Source: an uncultured delta proteobacterium
GTDB taxonomy: Bacteria; Myxococcota_A; UBA9160; SZUA-336
Direction: 5' to 3'
Assembly: GCA_963704165.1 (NCBI GenBank)
Contig: CAVPHD010000003.1
Span: 192,001 to 256,000 of the forward strand
Length of the DNA stretch: 64,000 bases
Position numbers and translations under genes: made by a program. The notes under the pieces were generated by a model. The model was not told where the DNA came from. It saw nothing but the letters and a program-made list of their open reading frames with translations, and did no database searches. Positions 60,517 through 64,000 of this stretch are shown here, one piece after another (the first letter of the stretch is position 1; every line of letters begins with the position of its first letter).

Positions 60517-61310
60517 GATTCGATCCTCGGCGAATCGGACGACGACGCGAGGAACTTCTCCCAGCGCCGCCAGCCGACCCACTGCCATACGAAGTAGGGA
60601 ACGCTGCGGACCCCGCGTCCCAGCCGCTCGCGCTCCAGCCGGTAGTCGTCGGACAGGAACGCCCGGATGCTCTCGTGATACGCACGCAGCGCCTCGACCG
60701 TGAACGCGTCCGAGCCGGCGGCGTAGCCCCGGAGAAACGAGCCCGCCCAGAGCTCCGGCGACCAGTGAAGGAGCGCGCTTCGGGGTCGGAAACGGAAGAA
60801 GAAGAGAGCGAACCACAGGATGTCGAAGTACCGGCTTCCGGTCGTGGCGACGGATCGCAGCGCCGGGGCCGTGGACCAGTCGAGGATCACGATCCGATCC
60901 CGGGACGGATCGTATCCGACGTTCGACCCGTTCAGATCTCCGTGCAGGACACACTCGTCTGCCGGTTCGCCGACGAGCGGTGCGGGGAGCGGAATGCGCA
61001 AGGTGTCGGGAAGTCGCAGCTCCGCGTGCACGTCCGCGATCGCGCGACCGACGCGTTCGCAGATGCCGGGCAGGCGGGCGTCGCGTCGCGAAACCAGCTG
61101 CATCAGGCTGAGGAAGCCGTGAACGCGCTCGGTGTCGAGCACGCCGGCGCGGGCATCGAAGCCGACCACCGGCGGAACGTGAAACCGACCCGTGCGCGCG
61201 GCGACCTTCGCGGCGCAGGTCGTCTTGGTGACCTCCGCTTCGAGTCGGTCGGCCGGGCCGTGCTTGCGCGCGACGTCGCCGATCAGCTCCATGCGGGCGT
61301 CCGGAGCCAA
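60492..61310 (-). CDS. Protein kinase-like (APH/choline kinase fold) phosphotransferase
   Basis: LHGDLNGSNV catalytic loop and ILDW; start uncertain (61292 or 61310). Confidence 0.7.
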   Translation of the reverse strand: MAPDARMELIGDVARKHGPADRLEAEVTKTTCAAKVAARTGRFHVPPVVGFDARAGVLDTERVHGFLSLMQLVSRRDARLPGICERVGRAIADVHAELRLPDTLRIPLPAPLVGEPADECVLHGDLNGSNVGYDPSRDRIVILDWSTAPALRSVATTGSRYFDILWFALFFFRFRPRSALLHWSPELWAGSFLRGYAAGSDAFTVEALRAYHESIRAFLSDDYRLERERLGRGVRSVPYFVWQWVGWRRWEKFLASSSDSPRIESCAASSES

Positions 61311-61520
61311 CTCATGCCGTCTTCCTCGGGAGCCGATCGGCTGAAACGTGCATCACGCCTGCCGCGCGGCTGCGCGAACACCGTGAGCGCGCGACCGCGG
61401 GTCGAGGCAGGGTAGCCGATCCGGGCCGAGCCCCCACGCACGGCCACCGGCGCCTTCCGGCGCTGTCTTTCAGAGAACCGCCCTGCTCTGCTATCCACGA
61501 GCGAGCCGATCACGACCGGG

Positions 61521-62630
61521 GTGGCCAGCATCGTGCGCAAACTGCTCTTCATCGTTCCGACTCTCCGCGGGGGAGGTGCAGAGCGGGTCGTCGTCACGTT
61601 GGTGCGTCATCTCGATCCGACCCGGTTCGAGGCGACCCTGGCCGTCGTGGACACGCGAGACGCCGTCTACCGCAAAGACGTCCCCGACGATGTCGAGTTC
61701 GTGGATCTCGAATGCGCGCGAGTGCGCCACGCGATTCCGAAGATCCTCCGTCTCGTGTGGCGGGTGAGACCCGATGTGGTGTTCTCGACGCTCGGAAACC
61801 TGAACCTCGTGCTCGCCGCGCTGCGGCCGTTCATGCCCCGAAGAACGGCGTTCATCGGTCGCGAGGCGACCATCGTCTCGGAGCGATTGAAGGAGTTCGA
61901 GCGGCCCGCGCTGTGGCGTCTCGCCTATCGCGCTCTCTATCCACGGTTCGACGCCGTCGTGTGTCAGTCGAGGTACATGCAGAAGGACCTCGTGGAGAAG
62001 CACGGTCTTCCGATCGCGAAGACGGTGGTGATCAACAATCCGGTGGATCTCGAACGAATCGCAGCCGACCTTCCGGCCCAGCGGCGTCGGCATCGAGAGA
62101 CGGGCGAGCCGCTCCGACTCGTCGCGGCGGGCCGCCTGTCCGACGTGAAGCGCTTCGACCTCCTGCTCGACGCCCTCGCGCTCCTGCGCGACCTGAACAT
62201 CCAGCTGACCATCCTCGGCGACGGCCCGCTCATGGCGGACCTTCGGCGCCAGATCGCGCGGCTCGCGCTCGATCGATCGGTGACGCTGCTCGGATTTCGA
62301 TCCGACCCTCACAAGTACTTCGCCGAATCCGATGCGCTCGTTCTCTCTTCGCGCTACGAGGGCTTCCCGAACGTCGTGCTCGAAGCGCTGGCGTGCGGGA
62401 TCGGAGTGATCACGACGCCCGCCGTCGGAGGTGTCTCCGAGATCGTCTCGGGTGTCGCGGGCTGCGAGATGGCGGACGAGGTCTCCGCGCCCGCACTCGC
62501 GACGGCGATCCGAAAGTGGGCGGCGACCCCGTTCGGCGGCATCGCCCCCTCGGTTCTGGAGAAGTACCGGACCACCGAGATCTCGAATCAGTACGCTCGG
62601 CTCTTCGAGCGTGTGTGCCAGCAGCGCTGA
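61521..62630 (+). CDS. Glycosyltransferase family 4
   Basis: GGGAER, INNPVD, AGRL..VKRF, SRYEGFPNVVLEALACG. Confidence 0.93.
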   Translation: MASIVRKLLFIVPTLRGGGAERVVVTLVRHLDPTRFEATLAVVDTRDAVYRKDVPDDVEFVDLECARVRHAIPKILRLVWRVRPDVVFSTLGNLNLVLAALRPFMPRRTAFIGREATIVSERLKEFERPALWRLAYRALYPRFDAVVCQSRYMQKDLVEKHGLPIAKTVVINNPVDLERIAADLPAQRRRHRETGEPLRLVAAGRLSDVKRFDLLLDALALLRDLNIQLTILGDGPLMADLRRQIARLALDRSVTLLGFRSDPHKYFAESDALVLSSRYEGFPNVVLEALACGIGVITTPAVGGVSEIVSGVAGCEMADEVSAPALATAIRKWAATPFGGIAPSVLEKYRTTEISNQYARLFERVCQQR

Positions 62631-62643
62631 GCAGGAGTCGCCC

Positions 62644-63681
62644 GTGAGTTCGGAAAATCTCGATCGCGAATCTCGCGCTTCGTCTCTCGACACCACCCTC
62701 GAGCTTTTCCAGTGCCCGGGCTGCCGCGCTGGACTCGAACGCGCCGGGGCCGGACTCCGCTGCGTGAGCTGTCGCCACGAGTTCGCGATCGAAGACGACA
62801 TTCCCCTGCTGTTCTGGCCGAACGAATGGGACGGCTCGAAGCGCGACGTGACCGAAGAGGTCAAGGCGTTCTACGAGGAGACGCCGTTCCCCAGCTACGA
62901 CGATTTCGACAGCATCGCGAGCCTGCAGGAGAAGGCGAGGCAGGGCCTCTTCGCGCGCCTCCTCGACGAACAAGTGCCCCCGGGAGTCCGCATCATCGAG
63001 TGCGGGTGTGGAACCGCGCAGCTCAGCAACTTCCTCTCGATCGCGAACCGCGAGGTCTTCGCGACCGACATGTGCCTGAACTCGCTGCGACTCGGCCGGG
63101 ACTTCGCGCGCAGCCAGCAGCTTCGCCGCGTGCGCTTCGTGCAGCAGAATCTGTTCCGACCGGCCTTCAAGCCGGGATCCTTCCACCTCGTGATCTCCAA
63201 TGGCGTCCTCCACCACACCGCGGATCCCCGCCTCGCGTTCTCGCGGATCTCGACCCTGGTGCGTCCCGGCGGCTACATCCTCGTCGGGCTCTATCACCGC
63301 TACGGGCGCCTGATCACCGACTTCCGACGACAGCTCTTCCGGCTCTCCGGAGACCGCTTCAAGTTCCTCGACCCGAACCTGCGCAAGGCGAGCTCGAGCC
63401 ACGCGAAGAAACGAGCCTGGTTCGCGGATCAGTACAAGCATCCTCACGAGTCGAAGCACACGATCGGGGAGACGCTTCGCTGGCTCGAAGAGGACGGCTT
63501 CGATTTCGTGAAGAGCCTGCCGCCGTCGAAGCCGTTTCAGGCCTTCGACGGGACCGTGCGGCTCTTCGAGCCCGACACGCCGGGAAATGCGTTCGAGCGC
63601 CTGATCGTCGAGCTCGGGATGATCCTGCAGGGAAGTCGCGAGGGCGGCTTCTTCATCGTGATCGGGAAGAAGAGGACCTGA
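62644..63681 (+). CDS. Class I SAM-dependent methyltransferase with N-terminal Trm112-like zinc ribbon
   Basis: CPGC..CVSC..DDIP, FYEETPFP, ECGCGT, SNGVLHHT, DQYKHPHE. Confidence 0.88.
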   Translation: MSSENLDRESRASSLDTTLELFQCPGCRAGLERAGAGLRCVSCRHEFAIEDDIPLLFWPNEWDGSKRDVTEEVKAFYEETPFPSYDDFDSIASLQEKARQGLFARLLDEQVPPGVRIIECGCGTAQLSNFLSIANREVFATDMCLNSLRLGRDFARSQQLRRVRFVQQNLFRPAFKPGSFHLVISNGVLHHTADPRLAFSRISTLVRPGGYILVGLYHRYGRLITDFRRQLFRLSGDRFKFLDPNLRKASSSHAKKRAWFADQYKHPHESKHTIGETLRWLEEDGFDFVKSLPPSKPFQAFDGTVRLFEPDTPGNAFERLIVELGMILQGSREGGFFIVIGKKRT

Positions 63682-64000
63682 TCCGCTCGACCAGCGGCTG
63701 GAGCCGGTCGGCGATGTGCCGCGCCAGGACGGTCGATCCCTCGTCGTTCACGTGCACTCCGTCGTAGAAGATCCGGTTCGGCTCCTTCCAATCGGGAACC
63801 GTCGCCGCCAGATACTCGACGTTGTCGATCAAGAGGGCGCCCTCGTCGGCGGCGACCCTGCGGACGATCTCGTTGAAGCGCTCCTGGTTGTGCAGATCGA
63901 TCCAGTCCGGCGTGAGCTCGGTGCGCATGGCGACCGAGGGCTGGGTCATGAGCACGGGTTGGATTCCGAAGGCGCGACAGATCCCGACGAAGGCGCGAAG
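63653..64000 (-). CDS. SGNH/GDSL hydrolase family protein (C-terminal part; runs off the window)
   Basis: LMTQP...FNEIVRRVA...FYDGVHVNDEG (DxxH catalytic motif). Confidence 0.75.
   Translation of the reverse strand, partial: LRAFVGICRAFGIQPVLMTQPSVAMRTELTPDWIDLHNQERFNEIVRRVAADEGALLIDNVEYLAATVPDWKEPNRIFYDGVHVNDEGSTVLARHIADRLQPLVERIRSSSSRSR

Overview
High-GC bacterial chromosomal segment. The gene content (dprA-trmFO-xerC-hslVU-argB-argF, LysM/TsaP-like, paralogous dnaK with a J-TPR partner, PrsT-like lipoprotein) suggests a Myxococcota/'deltaproteobacterial' diderm; this is inference. About 45 CDSs are supported; no rRNA, tRNA, CRISPR array or transposase was seen. Five conserved genes (aspS, argF, hslU, an NDP-sugar epimerase, gmd) carry single-base frameshifts, most likely assembly errors. 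Two candidate undescribed systems stand out. (1) 3.6-6.3 kb: a TetR resembling Vibrio HapR/SmcR/LuxR, with two LuxR-box-like palindromes in the AT-rich intergenic gap, faces a divergent operon encoding a diiron ferritin-like enzyme, an SCP2-like protein and a 2x[4Fe-4S] ferredoxin, next to FadA5/FadD19-like genes. (2) 22.9-33.1 kb: a YCF48-like lipoprotein / MMPL-RND / DUF1302-like outer-membrane protein operon in which each part carries an extra module (an OmpA-like domain, a Ser-less ACP-like domain, and very large insertions giving 1832 aa). Also present: a DUF3604-PPIase-HupE/UreJ cassette, a lid-less DnaK triad, a polysaccharide locus at the right end, and repeated signs of leaderless transcription. 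All family assignments come from motif recognition by eye, not from database searches.
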